The notes: generated from the sequence alone by a model not told the origin. A stretch of 60,064 nucleotides of DNA from a virus (IMGVR_UViG_3300043449_001984:1-60064); one strand, 5' to 3'; shown: positions 12,617 to 22,738, counted from the first letter of the stretch. Numbers and translations: made by a program.

Positions 12617-13708
12617 CTATTTTAACGCTTTAATAAGAATGGTATCACCATTCAATCTCCCATTAAGTGCAAAATCCTTGCCTTTAATAGTACCCATTAA
12701 TTTTCTAAGTTCAACTTTCTTTGCTTTTGACAGTTGAGATAATATTTCTAAAGGTTTTCTGAGAGTTTTTTGTATACTTAAATTCTCATCAAATCCTTCA
12801 ACACTGGAACCTTTTACCGAAAAACCTGAATCATCGGTACTAATATATAGTCCAAGTTTTTTGGTTTTTACATTAAATACCCAAAGTTGTCTGGCACCAA
12901 TAATTTCAGCTGGATTAATTGAAACCAATTGAAATTCAATATCATCCTTTTTGTATTTAACTTTCGCAACTTTCTTTTCTAGAGGAATTGCTTTCTTCTT
13001 CCTTGGCTTTTTACTTACCTTGGAATTATTTACAATCTTACCACAATCGTCAATAATACCAGAAATAAATTCATAGAATTTCTTCAATTCCATTTTCTTG
13101 AATAAGGAATATCCTTCAACCAATTGTTCATCTGTTTTATTAATTGCTTCTTGCAATTCTTCTTTCATAGGTTTAAAGTGTTCCGCAATTTGTTTTGCGT
13201 GAACAGCCTTAACCAATTTTCCAATCATCCAATCATATGCAGAAAATTCAACGGACTTTTTAGTTTTAATAAACTGATCTACATAATTTTCTATCTCATC
13301 AATAAACAGAGAACATTGATCATATATACGATCTTGAATTGTAACCGTATCATCTTTCTTTGCAAATTGAGAAACTGCAACAGGTTGATCTACTGAAGAA
13401 ATAATTTCTTTGATTCGAATATTGATCCATTCATCGCGATCAATTTCAGCCCCTCGTTGAATAATTCTACAAACAAATCCAAGATTATTAAACCTTTCAT
13501 CATCTGCAGAAGCAACTTTCTCTATTATTTCTTTATTGACTTTCTTTGATTTAAGATAATCTAGTGTAAACTTCTTAGAATCTTTAGGTGACATTTGATT
13601 AGCATACCAAGAAAGAGCTCTTGGTATAGATAATGCACGTTCATCCCAAGTAGGTTCTTCGCCAATAAACAAATGCTCAGCTTGAGCAGAGGTTCTAATT
13701 TTACTCAT
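12617..13708 (-). CDS. conserved T4-like hypothetical protein
   Basis: 363-aa ORF; GEEP.W, LWVFNVKTKKL, KTLRKP, NGRLN motifs. Confidence 0.7.
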   Translation of the reverse strand: MSKIRTSAQAEHLFIGEEPTWDERALSIPRALSWYANQMSPKDSKKFTLDYLKSKKVNKEIIEKVASADDERFNNLGFVCRIIQRGAEIDRDEWINIRIKEIISSVDQPVAVSQFAKKDDTVTIQDRIYDQCSLFIDEIENYVDQFIKTKKSVEFSAYDWMIGKLVKAVHAKQIAEHFKPMKEELQEAINKTDEQLVEGYSLFKKMELKKFYEFISGIIDDCGKIVNNSKVSKKPRKKKAIPLEKKVAKVKYKKDDIEFQLVSINPAEIIGARQLWVFNVKTKKLGLYISTDDSGFSVKGSSVEGFDENLSIQKTLRKPLEILSQLSKAKKVELRKLMGTIKGKDFALNGRLNGDTILIKALK

Positions 13709-13956
13709 TGTTTTATTTCAAAATTAATTACAGAGTCTTTCCTGAAACTTCTCCAACCTTTATCATCAACAGACCAAACAGAAATAATACTATCATTTAT
13801 CCTTTTCTTTTGTTCTGATTTAGTTGAAGTGGGTATATGATCACTAGAAAGAGTACAATTTAATACTCTCTCCTCGCCATTTATTTTTGTAAATTTTAGA
13901 TTAACAATGTTTTCGTGTAAAAGTTCAATTAATTTTTCAAATTCCAAATTTTGCAT
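13705..13956 (-). CDS. SH3-like beta-barrel protein (WYL_2/DUF2693-like)
   Basis: FTKINGEERVLNCTL...VW...KGWRSFR. Confidence 0.75.
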   Translation of the reverse strand: MQNLEFEKLIELLHENIVNLKFTKINGEERVLNCTLSSDHIPTSTKSEQKKRINDSIISVWSVDDKGWRSFRKDSVINFEIKQ

Positions 13957-14281
13957 AAAGTTCTTTCATCAATTTCGGGGATTTTTTGGTTTTCTTAACT
14001 ACTACACCGTAAAATCCGCTTTTAATTAAATTATCAACATAAACATAAGGATCAGTCAAAATTGCTTCGAAATTATCCTTATCAATTATTTCACCATCAA
14101 TATCAGCTTTATATAACATAATGTGATAATAATGCCCCAAATCACCTACAACATATTTCGATTTAGTTTGATATTCAAACCCTCTCAAATCCATTTCCCA
14201 ATCGTTTTTTGGAAAAAATGTAACACCATCAACGCCGCTTTCAAACATAGACTTTATTATAGATTTAATTGTACCGCTCAT
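13937..14281 (-). CDS. hypothetical protein
   Basis: ORF in operon context. Confidence 0.6.
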   Translation of the reverse strand: MSGTIKSIIKSMFESGVDGVTFFPKNDWEMDLRGFEYQTKSKYVVGDLGHYYHIMLYKADIDGEIIDKDNFEAILTDPYVYVDNLIKSGFYGVVVKKTKKSPKLMKELYAKFGI

Positions 14282-14297
14282 AGATAAAAATGTAAAG

Positions 14298-14690
14298 TTA
14301 TTTTTTTAAGTGTTTTTTTGTAACCTTGACTGAAATCCAAGCATTGTAATATTCTTCTGACAACAATACATCGTTTTCAAATTGTATTCTTGCTTCGTGA
14401 TAACTACACTCAGACTTTGAATTACACAATTTTACAATTTCCCGTTTAAAGTTTGATTCGCCGTGAATCTTCACTTGTTCGTTTAATTCTGCATTAGATC
14501 CAAAATATGTTTTCCAGTCAGAATCCACTAAAAACCGCTTCTTCTTCCCTTTAACCATTTTTGTTTTTCTAAAATAGAATTGCTTTTTACCAATGTATTT
14601 TTTATTATTTACATTGTCGTGTATTATATAAACAAATCCCCAATATTCTTGGGGATCTTCGAATGGCAGATCTTGAAATAACCAGGACAA
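14298..14690 (-). CDS. denA: GIY-YIG endonuclease, T4 endonuclease II-like
   Basis: GFVYII...KYIGKK; SDWKTYFGS; F.REI; YYN. Confidence 0.75.
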   Translation of the reverse strand: MSWLFQDLPFEDPQEYWGFVYIIHDNVNNKKYIGKKQFYFRKTKMVKGKKKRFLVDSDWKTYFGSNAELNEQVKIHGESNFKREIVKLCNSKSECSYHEARIQFENDVLLSEEYYNAWISVKVTKKHLKK

Positions 14691-14694
14691 ATTA

Positions 14695-14877
14695 TTAATC
14701 CCATTCTTCTTGGGACAAATAATCCTCTTCTTCTGGAATATCTTCTTCTACAGTTTCAATTTGAGCGCCGCAAAAAGGACAAAAAATATCTTCGTGTTCT
14801 TTTACCAAATTTTCATTAAAAGATAAATTAAATTCAGAATCGCAATCATCACAAACGCTAGAAATAACTTTTTTCAT
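14695..14877 (-). CDS. small zinc-ribbon protein with acidic tail
   Basis: CDDC...FCPFCG; TATAAATA at 14903-14910. Confidence 0.7.
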   Translation of the reverse strand: MKKVISSVCDDCDSEFNLSFNENLVKEHEDIFCPFCGAQIETVEEDIPEEEDYLSQEEWD

Positions 14878-14937
14878 ACAAAATTCCTTTTTAAAATTAA
14901 GTTATTTATATTTAGCGTTTCAATAAACTCTAAGATA

Positions 14938-15915
14938 TTAATTAGCCCATACGTCTTTCCATCCTCCAGACAAAGCACCTTTAGCGTATGCTGTAGCTCT
15001 ATTTTCGAAGAAATTTGTATGTTGAGGAGCGGATATTAATTCATCAACCCAAGGCAAAGGATTCTTCTTAACTTTAAACACTCCTTTTAGACCCATTGAA
15101 ATTAACCTACGATCACAGATATAACGTATATATTTCTTCAAATCTTCAATTGGCAACCCTTCACATTCTCCGATATCGTAACATATATCAATAAAAGCAT
15201 CTTCAAGATCTACCATCTTCTCAGCAATAGTATATAATTCAGATTTTAATTCATCTTTCCAAATATCTCTATTTTCTTCAACAAAAATACGAAATACTCT
15301 AATCATCGCTTCGCAATGAAGTTGTTCATCAAGAATAGACCAAGAGATAATTTGTCCCATTCCTTTCATTTTTCCGCGACGAGGAAAATTAAGTAACATC
15401 ACGAAAGAACTAAACAGTTGCATACCTTCAGTAAACGCCGAAAATAGAGCAATTTGTTGAGCAATATGTTTATTATCTAATCCAACAAACGATTCAATAT
15501 AATCGTGTTTATTTTTCATCGCTTCGTATTTAAGAAATTCTGTATAGGTTGATTCAGGCATTCCTAAAGTTTCAATTAGATGAGAATATGCAGCAATATG
15601 TACAGCTTCCCTAGCAGCAAAACCAAGAAGCATCATTCTAAGTTCTGGTTGTTTTAAAATTGGTAAATAATTGTTGACATATCCACCCGCAACATCAATA
15701 TCAGATTGAGTAAAAAATCTAAAAATATTTGTGAGAAAATGTTTTTCTTTCTCAGTTACATTATTTTGCCAATCTTTAATGTCCTGGACCATTTCTACTT
15801 CAGAATGTATCCAATGCATTTGCTCATGAGCTAACCAATATTCATAAAACTCTGGATGCGTGAAAGGTTTAAATGTAGTTCTAGAATCTGTTAATTTTAA
15901 TTTATGCTTTACCAT
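14938..15915 (-). CDS. nrdB: ribonucleotide reductase class Ia beta subunit
   Basis: FFTQSD, REAVHIAAYS, EGMQLFSSF, DEQLH, NFFE; start set at MVKHKL after GAGG. Confidence 0.95.
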   Translation of the reverse strand: MVKHKLKLTDSRTTFKPFTHPEFYEYWLAHEQMHWIHSEVEMVQDIKDWQNNVTEKEKHFLTNIFRFFTQSDIDVAGGYVNNYLPILKQPELRMMLLGFAAREAVHIAAYSHLIETLGMPESTYTEFLKYEAMKNKHDYIESFVGLDNKHIAQQIALFSAFTEGMQLFSSFVMLLNFPRRGKMKGMGQIISWSILDEQLHCEAMIRVFRIFVEENRDIWKDELKSELYTIAEKMVDLEDAFIDICYDIGECEGLPIEDLKKYIRYICDRRLISMGLKGVFKVKKNPLPWVDELISAPQHTNFFENRATAYAKGALSGGWKDVWAN

Positions 15916-15929
15916 ATAAAATTCCTCTA

Positions 15930-17018
15930 TTAAGAATGGCACGCTAGGCATTCTTCGCCTGCAATAATATCGTTCATATTAATTTCTTCAATAATATGAC
16001 GTTCAATTTGTTTGGACACTTTATCGGATTTTTTTAAACTATCAGATCTGCAGTAATATAATGTTGGAATTTTTTGTTTCCAAGCCATAAAATGAACAGC
16101 GTGTAAATATTTAATATGAACATTTGGTCTGAAAAACAAGTTCACTGATTGAGTTTGATCGATGTATTTTTGACGATCTGCAGCCAAATCAACAACCCAA
16201 CGTTGATCTATTTCCATAGCAGTTTTGAATACTTCTTTTTCTTGGTCTGTAAACATATCCATATGTTGAATAGAACCGTCGTTAGAAATAATATCTAACC
16301 AAATCTCATCATAGTTTAATTTTGAATTGTCTTTCAATTTTTCTTTAATAAGATTATCTAGAACGTGATTTTTATTTAAATAAGAACCAGACATAGTATC
16401 TTGACGATAAGCATTTGCTCTAATTGGTTCAATAGAAGGAGAAATATTTCCCATAATAATAGAAGTAGATGCCGTTGGAGCAATGGCAATTACGTGACTG
16501 AATCTTTGGTAATAAGGTTTTTCTCCTCTAATGCCTTCTTCAAAATCTGGACAATTGCCTCTCTCAAATCCAAGTTCTTTATTTGCTTGGTCTAAATGAG
16601 TTCTAATATTTTTAAATATTTGCATATTCCTAGATTTAGCAAGAGCTGATTCAAAAGGAACATTATTTTGTTGTAAATATGTATGAAATCCTAGAGTACC
16701 AACACCAATCGCCCTTTCTCTAGCAGCAGAATACTTTGCTCTAGAAATAGCATCTGGAGCATTATCAATAAAAACGGTAAGAACATTATCAAGCATTTCA
16801 GCAACATCGCGGAAAAATTGATAATTATCCTTAAAATCGTCATAATAACGAAGATTGACAGATGATAAGCAGCATACCGCAGTCCTTTCTTTATCAGTAG
16901 GAAGTATAATTTCAGAATTATGAACTAACACATCATTGGCGAAAAAGTTATTCACTTTTTCAACAGAAATATCATAAACTTTTGTCTTTTCTACAATCTT
17001 CTTTCTAATCTTAATCAT
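15930..17018 (-). CDS. nrdA: RNR alpha subunit C-terminal fragment fused to C-intein
   Basis: 34-aa IntC ending VYDISV...NFFANDVLVHN, then SEI; VCCLSS, RAIGVG, IAPTAS, DQTQS.N, LYY, C-terminal CLACHS. Confidence 0.95.
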   Translation of the reverse strand: MIKIRKKIVEKTKVYDISVEKVNNFFANDVLVHNSEIILPTDKERTAVCCLSSVNLRYYDDFKDNYQFFRDVAEMLDNVLTVFIDNAPDAISRAKYSAARERAIGVGTLGFHTYLQQNNVPFESALAKSRNMQIFKNIRTHLDQANKELGFERGNCPDFEEGIRGEKPYYQRFSHVIAIAPTASTSIIMGNISPSIEPIRANAYRQDTMSGSYLNKNHVLDNLIKEKLKDNSKLNYDEIWLDIISNDGSIQHMDMFTDQEKEVFKTAMEIDQRWVVDLAADRQKYIDQTQSVNLFFRPNVHIKYLHAVHFMAWKQKIPTLYYCRSDSLKKSDKVSKQIERHIIEEINMNDIIAGEECLACHS

Positions 17019-17874
17019 CTTTTTTTACCTTTAATTTATTAAATTTTGCGGCATTATTTCTTTGTTGTATTGATCTGAAATATGGATCGTATTTAACATC
17101 ACTATCAAACTCTTTATTATATTCCGAAATAAAGTTTTGATAAGATCCAAAATTATTTTCAATCCACTTAACACTAATTTTATTAAATTCCTTAAATTCT
17201 TTTTTCAAATTATCATCCAAAAGAGAAATTTTCAAATGGTTTTCTATTAAACTATTTTCTAACACCTTAAACGCTCTATACTTTCTTTCCTCAGTCATTT
17301 TTTTGAAATTAGAATTATTACTTCCAATTTGAGATTTTCGGTTTTTTCTTTCCTCTTCCGATATTTTCCTACCTTTAGTATGATGAACCCATTTTCCGGA
17401 AACAACATTCGGATTATTGACTGAAACTCTACCAATCAGTTCTCCGCTAAAACAATCTTTGACTGTAATAAATCCCTTGTTTGCTTCTGATATATTTTTT
17501 AATCCCAATAATCTAAATTTTTCATATTTTTTGCTCTGATAATTAAAGTTTGTTAATCTTGGATGTTGAGGATCAATAACTTTTGAAAAGAAAAATATCA
17601 AAGAACTTCCTATTTTATATCCATATGCGGTGTCTTTATATATTTTGTATAATAATACATGACACAAGAAATGTTCTCTTGCAGTCAACAAAACTTTATT
17701 ATTCTTTTCTTCCGGATTTCCTTCTATGAACCCAGAAATTCCTTTCCTTTTTCTAGTTTTGAAAAGGCATTCTGGTATAATATGATGTTCTTCAAAATAT
17801 TGTCCGGAGTTTTTAGTTCTATTTTCTTTTTTTGCTTTTTGTATTATGTTTTTATATATTTTTTTATAGTTCAT
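17011..17874 (-). CDS. HNH homing endonuclease between the nrdA halves
   Basis: YFEEHHIIP...VLLTAREHFLCHVLL; NUMOD-like KGRKISEE. Confidence 0.85.
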   Translation of the reverse strand: MNYKKIYKNIIQKAKKENRTKNSGQYFEEHHIIPECLFKTRKRKGISGFIEGNPEEKNNKVLLTAREHFLCHVLLYKIYKDTAYGYKIGSSLIFFFSKVIDPQHPRLTNFNYQSKKYEKFRLLGLKNISEANKGFITVKDCFSGELIGRVSVNNPNVVSGKWVHHTKGRKISEEERKNRKSQIGSNNSNFKKMTEERKYRAFKVLENSLIENHLKISLLDDNLKKEFKEFNKISVKWIENNFGSYQNFISEYNKEFDSDVKYDPYFRSIQQRNNAAKFNKLKVKKDD

Positions 17875-17920
17875 AATTCTGCTCCAAATAAACGCGCAAG
17901 TATTTATACTAAGCAGAATT
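17875..17920 (-). promoter_or_regulatory. late promoter inside an RBS-sequestering hairpin
   Basis: AATTCTGCTT/GAGCAGAATT 10-bp stem enclosing TATAAATA (17901-17908) and covering GGAG. Confidence 0.7.
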
Positions 17921-17961
17921 TCAGAACATACTAACTTATAGTATTCTATTGACTTTTTATT

Positions 17962-19125
17962 TCAAATTTCTAATAATTCATCAGACTCTTGTAAATCCTT
18001 TGCCATTACATATCCCCTATTAATTGTCCAAACCAAATGATCTGAAGTACATTCAATAATGTTTCCAGAAGGAGTTTCAATTTCATAAAGCTCTTCAACT
18101 TCGCCAGAAACCTTAGCACCATTGACTAAATTCCATTCAATTTCTTTTGTTTCGGTATTATAACTTTTTACATATACATCATCGTCGTAATATCCTAAAT
18201 TATATTTTTCAACAAAAGAATCCATATTATCAACTAGTAAGGTTTCTCCTTTCTTATCAAAAGAAAATTCCAATTCCGTTCCACCAACTAAACAACAAAT
18301 ATTAGATTGTTTAATTTCCAAACCAAGATTCTTTTGAAAATCTGGCATTTGTTCATTAGCAGTATCAATAAACAAAATATATGGTTCGCCAGTTTGCATT
18401 CTTAGTTCAAGAATTTTTTGCCAAAGTTCTTTTGCAGATACGGTTTCCTTGATTTTATCTGGATTATGAGTATCGTAAAGATTCCACGAATCATCAAAAT
18501 CAGGATCGATCATACATTGTTCGATAATATTCATAAACTTATCAGTTAGAATAATACCGTGATGTAAATTAAGGCATTTAATATTTTGATCTCCGGTTGG
18601 TTTACGCATCTCAAGAAACATCATAACATCTGGATGATCTACTCTAAGATAGGCAGCATAAGAACCGCGACGTGTCTTACCTTGACGATAAGCAAGACAA
18701 GAAGCGTCATAAATCTTTAGGTGGGGCATAACTCCAACACTTTTGTCGTCAGCAGAGCGAATATCAACGCCAATTCCGACTCCACCACCGAGCATTGAGA
18801 GGGTATTAACCTCAGAAAGAGTATCAACAAGACCAGAAGCAGAGTCTTGCATGTAAGAAAGGAAACAAGAAATTGGTAATCCATTTTTAGACCTCCCATA
18901 TGAAAGTATTGGAGTAGCAAAACTTAACCAATGCTTAGAAGCATAATCATATAATCGTTGAGAATGTTCTAAATTAGAACCAAAAGACTTAGCAACAAAA
19001 GCAAATCTTTGTTGCGGCGAAGTTTCTGCTTCCGTCATATATGATTCTTTTAATCGTTTGATCCCCAATTCATCAAACAGATTATCTCTTTCTGGATTTA
19101 TTTTTATACCAAGATAGTCTTCCAT
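17962..19125 (-). CDS. nrdA: RNR alpha subunit N-terminal fragment fused to N-intein
   Basis: ATPIL, PISCFL, GGGVG, RRGSYAAYL, TGEPY, QSNIC then intein CLVGGT...ECTSDHLVWT.NRG...DL. Confidence 0.95.
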   Translation of the reverse strand: MEDYLGIKINPERDNLFDELGIKRLKESYMTEAETSPQQRFAFVAKSFGSNLEHSQRLYDYASKHWLSFATPILSYGRSKNGLPISCFLSYMQDSASGLVDTLSEVNTLSMLGGGVGIGVDIRSADDKSVGVMPHLKIYDASCLAYRQGKTRRGSYAAYLRVDHPDVMMFLEMRKPTGDQNIKCLNLHHGIILTDKFMNIIEQCMIDPDFDDSWNLYDTHNPDKIKETVSAKELWQKILELRMQTGEPYILFIDTANEQMPDFQKNLGLEIKQSNICCLVGGTELEFSFDKKGETLLVDNMDSFVEKYNLGYYDDDVYVKSYNTETKEIEWNLVNGAKVSGEVEELYEIETPSGNIIECTSDHLVWTINRGYVMAKDLQESDELLEI

Positions 19126-19164
19126 TTTATTCTTCCTTTCTTTGTTAATTCGGTTTTTTATTTA

Positions 19165-19374
19165 TTACCATTCTGATACATCTACAATTGGAATTACCAA
19201 TTCGCCATCAACTCCATTCACAGATGTTTCTAAAATCATATCAACAGTGCTTCCAAGTTCGCAACTACTATAATTTAATATAAAATTTTTATCTTTATAT
19301 TCTGGAAATTTATCAATAACATTCAACATTTTTATTAAATCTTGTTTTTTTAAATATATTCTATATTCACTCAT
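19165..19374 (-). CDS. hypothetical protein
   Basis: ORF overlapping upstream gene. Confidence 0.6.
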   Translation of the reverse strand: MSEYRIYLKKQDLIKMLNVIDKFPEYKDKNFILNYSSCELGSTVDMILETSVNGVDGELVIPIVDVSEW

Positions 19375-19624
19375 AATTTAATCCTAATTCTTCAGCATTT
19401 TTTGTCATTTTATTTAATGCTTCTTGTCTATCGTCAAAATTTAGAAATCCAAAATGTTCTAATAAATGTTGAGTTGATATAAAATCAATAACTGATTCAC
19501 CCTCTCTTATAATCAACTCAACGAACTTTTCTAAATCTTTAGTATCAAAACAAATTGTATCTTCGCAACAATCTTGATAAAATCCATTCGCTTCGTATAC
19601 TAATTCTTTAATTTTTGAATTCAT
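19367..19624 (-). CDS. hypothetical protein
   Basis: MNSKIKEL...LEKFVELIIRE...EHFG pattern common in phage small proteins. Confidence 0.6.
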   Translation of the reverse strand: MNSKIKELVYEANGFYQDCCEDTICFDTKDLEKFVELIIREGESVIDFISTQHLLEHFGFLNFDDRQEALNKMTKNAEELGLNYE

Positions 19625-19808
19625 TAGATTTAGCATCCCATTCTTCCAATTTTATCATATAAGGATATTCTTCGCAAGTTATGTGTTTACTATAACTTTT
19701 AAGGTCTTTTTTTGCGGATTCTGGACTATCATAAGCGGCAATGATAGTAAACCTTCTTGGTTTGATAAATCTATGTTCTTCTATTAATAGATATACCTTA
19801 TCAGACAT
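19608..19808 (-). CDS. hypothetical protein
   Basis: ORF coupled to mazG-like gene. Confidence 0.55.
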   Translation of the reverse strand: MSDKVYLLIEEHRFIKPRRFTIIAAYDSPESAKKDLKSYSKHITCEEYPYMIKLEEWDAKSNEFKN

Positions 19809-20227
19809 TACAAATCGCCGTCTTGTCTGTTTTCGGAATAATGAACATCAAACTGTCCGGCAGGATAACGATTAATCAATTTATTAACATTCTCTCGGAT
19901 AACATCATTTGGATCAAGATTAAGAGCACGACAAGCATTAACCCAATACCAAGCAATGTCACCAAGTTCTCTGTATAAATGATACTTAGTATCTTCATCT
20001 AAAGGTTTACCTTGGAAAAGAACCTTCTTAACAATTTCATCAAACTCGCCACCCTCGGAAGCAAGTCCAATACCAGCAGTCATCAATAAGGGGATATTAG
20101 CAACCCCTTGCTGATGTAAAGACTTTACTCTATTAATGAAAAATTCTACATCATTAGATTCGTTTGAAGTCACCGAAGCAACAAATTCCTTATAACGATT
20201 CAAATCGACTTTACTTGCTTTATTCAT
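19808..20227 (-). CDS. mazG: MazG-like nucleoside triphosphate pyrophosphohydrolase
   Basis: GLASEGGEF.EIVKK; ELGDIAWY; N..KL..RYP. Confidence 0.85.
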   Translation of the reverse strand: MNKASKVDLNRYKEFVASVTSNESNDVEFFINRVKSLHQQGVANIPLLMTAGIGLASEGGEFDEIVKKVLFQGKPLDEDTKYHLYRELGDIAWYWVNACRALNLDPNDVIRENVNKLINRYPAGQFDVHYSENRQDGDL

Positions 20228-20235
20228 AATTATTC

Positions 20236-21054
20236 TCACTTTTGTTGGTTAAATTTATATTCAATATCTGCTCTATGTTGTTTCCAACCTCTAAAGTTTT
20301 TGTGATACTCTTTATCTTTCATAGGGGTTGCTTGATGTTCTGTTGGAGAAGCGTGAATTGGTACAGAACCAACCAAATCATCATACAATTTAAAATCCTT
20401 TTCTTTTGATGGGGTTTTGCCATCGTGCGTAAGATAACTAACTCTAGCGCACCTTGCCGCAGACATAGCAATACAATCTACTATCAAATTATTACAAATT
20501 TCAGAATCGGTGATATATGGTAGATGCCATTCTCCATAACTCAATTTAGTTGGAACAGAATTAAGATATTCAGAATACATCTCACAAGTAAGAACATAGA
20601 TTTCTGGTTGGGCATCGCTGTGCATTCTCAATTCAAAGAAGTTATCCCATTCTGTAGATGTTACAATAGTTTTTGTCCACATCCAAGGTTCAATAATTCT
20701 GTTAGAAATTTGTTTATGTAGTCCAACTTTGTTTAAAAGATATGCTACAAAACAAGCTGGATATCTGCTAGTCTTCCAAAGGAATTGAGCAAAAGATAAT
20801 TCTCTACCAGTTAGTTCTTCCTTCGCTTGCATTCCCGGTTGATTTTTTCCCCAAAAAACAGGAATAACAGGATCGGTAATAACATCCTTAATCATTTTCT
20901 TTACGGGGATTGCTCTAGATGAAGCAGAATTCCTAGAGAATACTCTGTGAGTATTAAACTCAGCTAAAATAAATCTTGGATATTTCAATTCAAAAGTAGT
21001 AATTCGAACTCCTTCTGGTGAAATACTATCTTTAATAACTTTCGCTTCAATCAT
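20236..21054 (-). CDS. thyX: FAD-dependent thymidylate synthase
   Basis: EFNTHRVFSRNSASSRA; FFELR....AQPEI; ARCARVSY; HASPTEH. Confidence 0.85.
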   Translation of the reverse strand: MIEAKVIKDSISPEGVRITTFELKYPRFILAEFNTHRVFSRNSASSRAIPVKKMIKDVITDPVIPVFWGKNQPGMQAKEELTGRELSFAQFLWKTSRYPACFVAYLLNKVGLHKQISNRIIEPWMWTKTIVTSTEWDNFFELRMHSDAQPEIYVLTCEMYSEYLNSVPTKLSYGEWHLPYITDSEICNNLIVDCIAMSAARCARVSYLTHDGKTPSKEKDFKLYDDLVGSVPIHASPTEHQATPMKDKEYHKNFRGWKQHRADIEYKFNQQK

Positions 21055-21063
21055 TCAATTCTC

Positions 21064-22074
21064 CTAACATTTTTTCCAATTATTAAATTCTAACGTAGCC
21101 TGTAAACCCTGAACAGTGTTTTCATTTATTATACGTTGTACTTGAGGTTTAGTAAATCCATTCAATACAGCTTCGTTGATATCTTTCCCTTGAAATTCAT
21201 TGGGAAATAAACAAACTTTAAAACCTTTATCAATGGCTTTTTTAATTTGTTTAACAATGCTCGTATTTCTTGGTTCATTGTCAAAAATTAAAACAAGTTT
21301 TTCTTTGCCTAAGAATTCAGCAACCGTAAGATTAGAATCCGCAGTCGCTACAGCATTTTTAATAAACAAAGAATCTATTGGCCCCTCAGTAACGTATATA
21401 GTTTCTTTTTTGTTTATTCTATCAAGACCAAATATTTTTTGGGATTCATCATCAAGTTTAATGGTTATATACCTCAATGGATTTTTATTTAACGCTCTAC
21501 CTTGAAAAGCAAATAAATCTCCATTTTCATTCCTGAATGGGATTATCAACCTAGGATCATTATCTATCAATTCTTTATCATACGCAGGATAAATTTCTTT
21601 TACAAATTTCTTGAAATCTTCAGCATAATAAAGATCTTTAAATTGACCTTTAGGAATTTTCCTATCTAATGCATATTTTTTTGCAATATTGTCATCAGGC
21701 AATACATTAAGGGCAGGAATATTTAGGGTTGTCTTTTTCTTAAAAACTGGTTTTTTAAATTCAATGGTTTTTGGTTTTTTATAATTACCGTGTTTCGACG
21801 AACCAGACGCAAATCGTTCTAGAGAATATTCTTTCGCAAGAGTTGGATCAAGATATTCTAATACTTTATAGAAGGTAGTAGAAACCTCGCAATTAAAACA
21901 TCTAAAAAATAGATTATCAGCTTTCTTGTAAAAGAAACCGCGTTTTTTGGATTTCTTTTTAGCAGAATCACCACAGTAACAACAACGACAAGTCCAAAGA
22001 TCAGATTTCTTTTGTGTAAACCCTTCTAATTTGGAAGAAACGAGATTTAAATATTTTGTATCAAGGTAAAACAT
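21064..22074 (-). CDS. gp61: DNA primase
   Basis: Zn finger C..CGDS...C.NC; RLIIPF; FQGR; TEGPIDS; DNEPRN; KDIN. Confidence 0.95.
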   Translation of the reverse strand: MFYLDTKYLNLVSSKLEGFTQKKSDLWTCRCCYCGDSAKKKSKKRGFFYKKADNLFFRCFNCEVSTTFYKVLEYLDPTLAKEYSLERFASGSSKHGNYKKPKTIEFKKPVFKKKTTLNIPALNVLPDDNIAKKYALDRKIPKGQFKDLYYAEDFKKFVKEIYPAYDKELIDNDPRLIIPFRNENGDLFAFQGRALNKNPLRYITIKLDDESQKIFGLDRINKKETIYVTEGPIDSLFIKNAVATADSNLTVAEFLGKEKLVLIFDNEPRNTSIVKQIKKAIDKGFKVCLFPNEFQGKDINEAVLNGFTKPQVQRIINENTVQGLQATLEFNNWKKC

Positions 22075-22102
22075 AATAAAAAGAAGCGGATGAAAGAAGT
22101 AT

Positions 22103-22130
22103 AGTGTACCTCTTTTCGTTAAAAAGTAAA
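22103..22130 (-). promoter_or_regulatory. sigma70-type promoter for primase operon
   Basis: TTTACT-16 nt-TACACT. Confidence 0.5.
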
Positions 22131-22206
22131 GTAGGAAAAAAGTTCTTTACTTTTTATTTTTTCAATATAGAATTAGTATGTAGCCAGTTGAATGTATATC
22201 TATATT

Positions 22207-22704
22207 TTAATTTAATCGTTTGAATGCTCTGGTACAACTATCATCAGCATCCACACAATAAGTTAATCTTGAATCATATGATATAGTTATTGTTCTATCC
22301 ATACCAAATACCTTATTAAGTTGAATTGGTATACGATTTTCTGTTGTACATTCTTTTGATATATCACAAATACTAAAGTTTACTATTCCAAATAATCCAT
22401 TAACTTTATTAATTTTTTCGATTTTATATTTTGTTTGTGTTTTTTTATCTTTTAATACTTCAATAATTATAAAATCTTTACCTTTATCAATATTGATTTT
22501 AATAATTACATCTCCAACCGAAGAAATCCATTCGCCGTCAATGTAATTTACTAATCTTTCTTCTGAATCTTGTTTAAATTCTTCTATCTTTATTGATTGT
22601 TGTAATTCTGAAATGCCGCGATTATGATTAAAAAAATAATCCCAAAATAAAAAGCATATGGCTCCAAATATAGAACCTACTAGAAAATATTTTCCTTCGT
22701 ACAT
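22207..22704 (-). CDS. membrane-anchored protein in lysis region
   Basis: N-terminal TM (FLVGSIFGAICFLFW); Cys pairs in predicted periplasmic domain; start uncertain. Confidence 0.55.
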   Translation of the reverse strand: MYEGKYFLVGSIFGAICFLFWDYFFNHNRGISELQQSIKIEEFKQDSEERLVNYIDGEWISSVGDVIIKINIDKGKDFIIIEVLKDKKTQTKYKIEKINKVNGLFGIVNFSICDISKECTTENRIPIQLNKVFGMDRTITISYDSRLTYCVDADDSCTRAFKRLN

Positions 22705-22738
22705 AAGATTACATTTACGCCTTTCTTTTTTATTGGGA

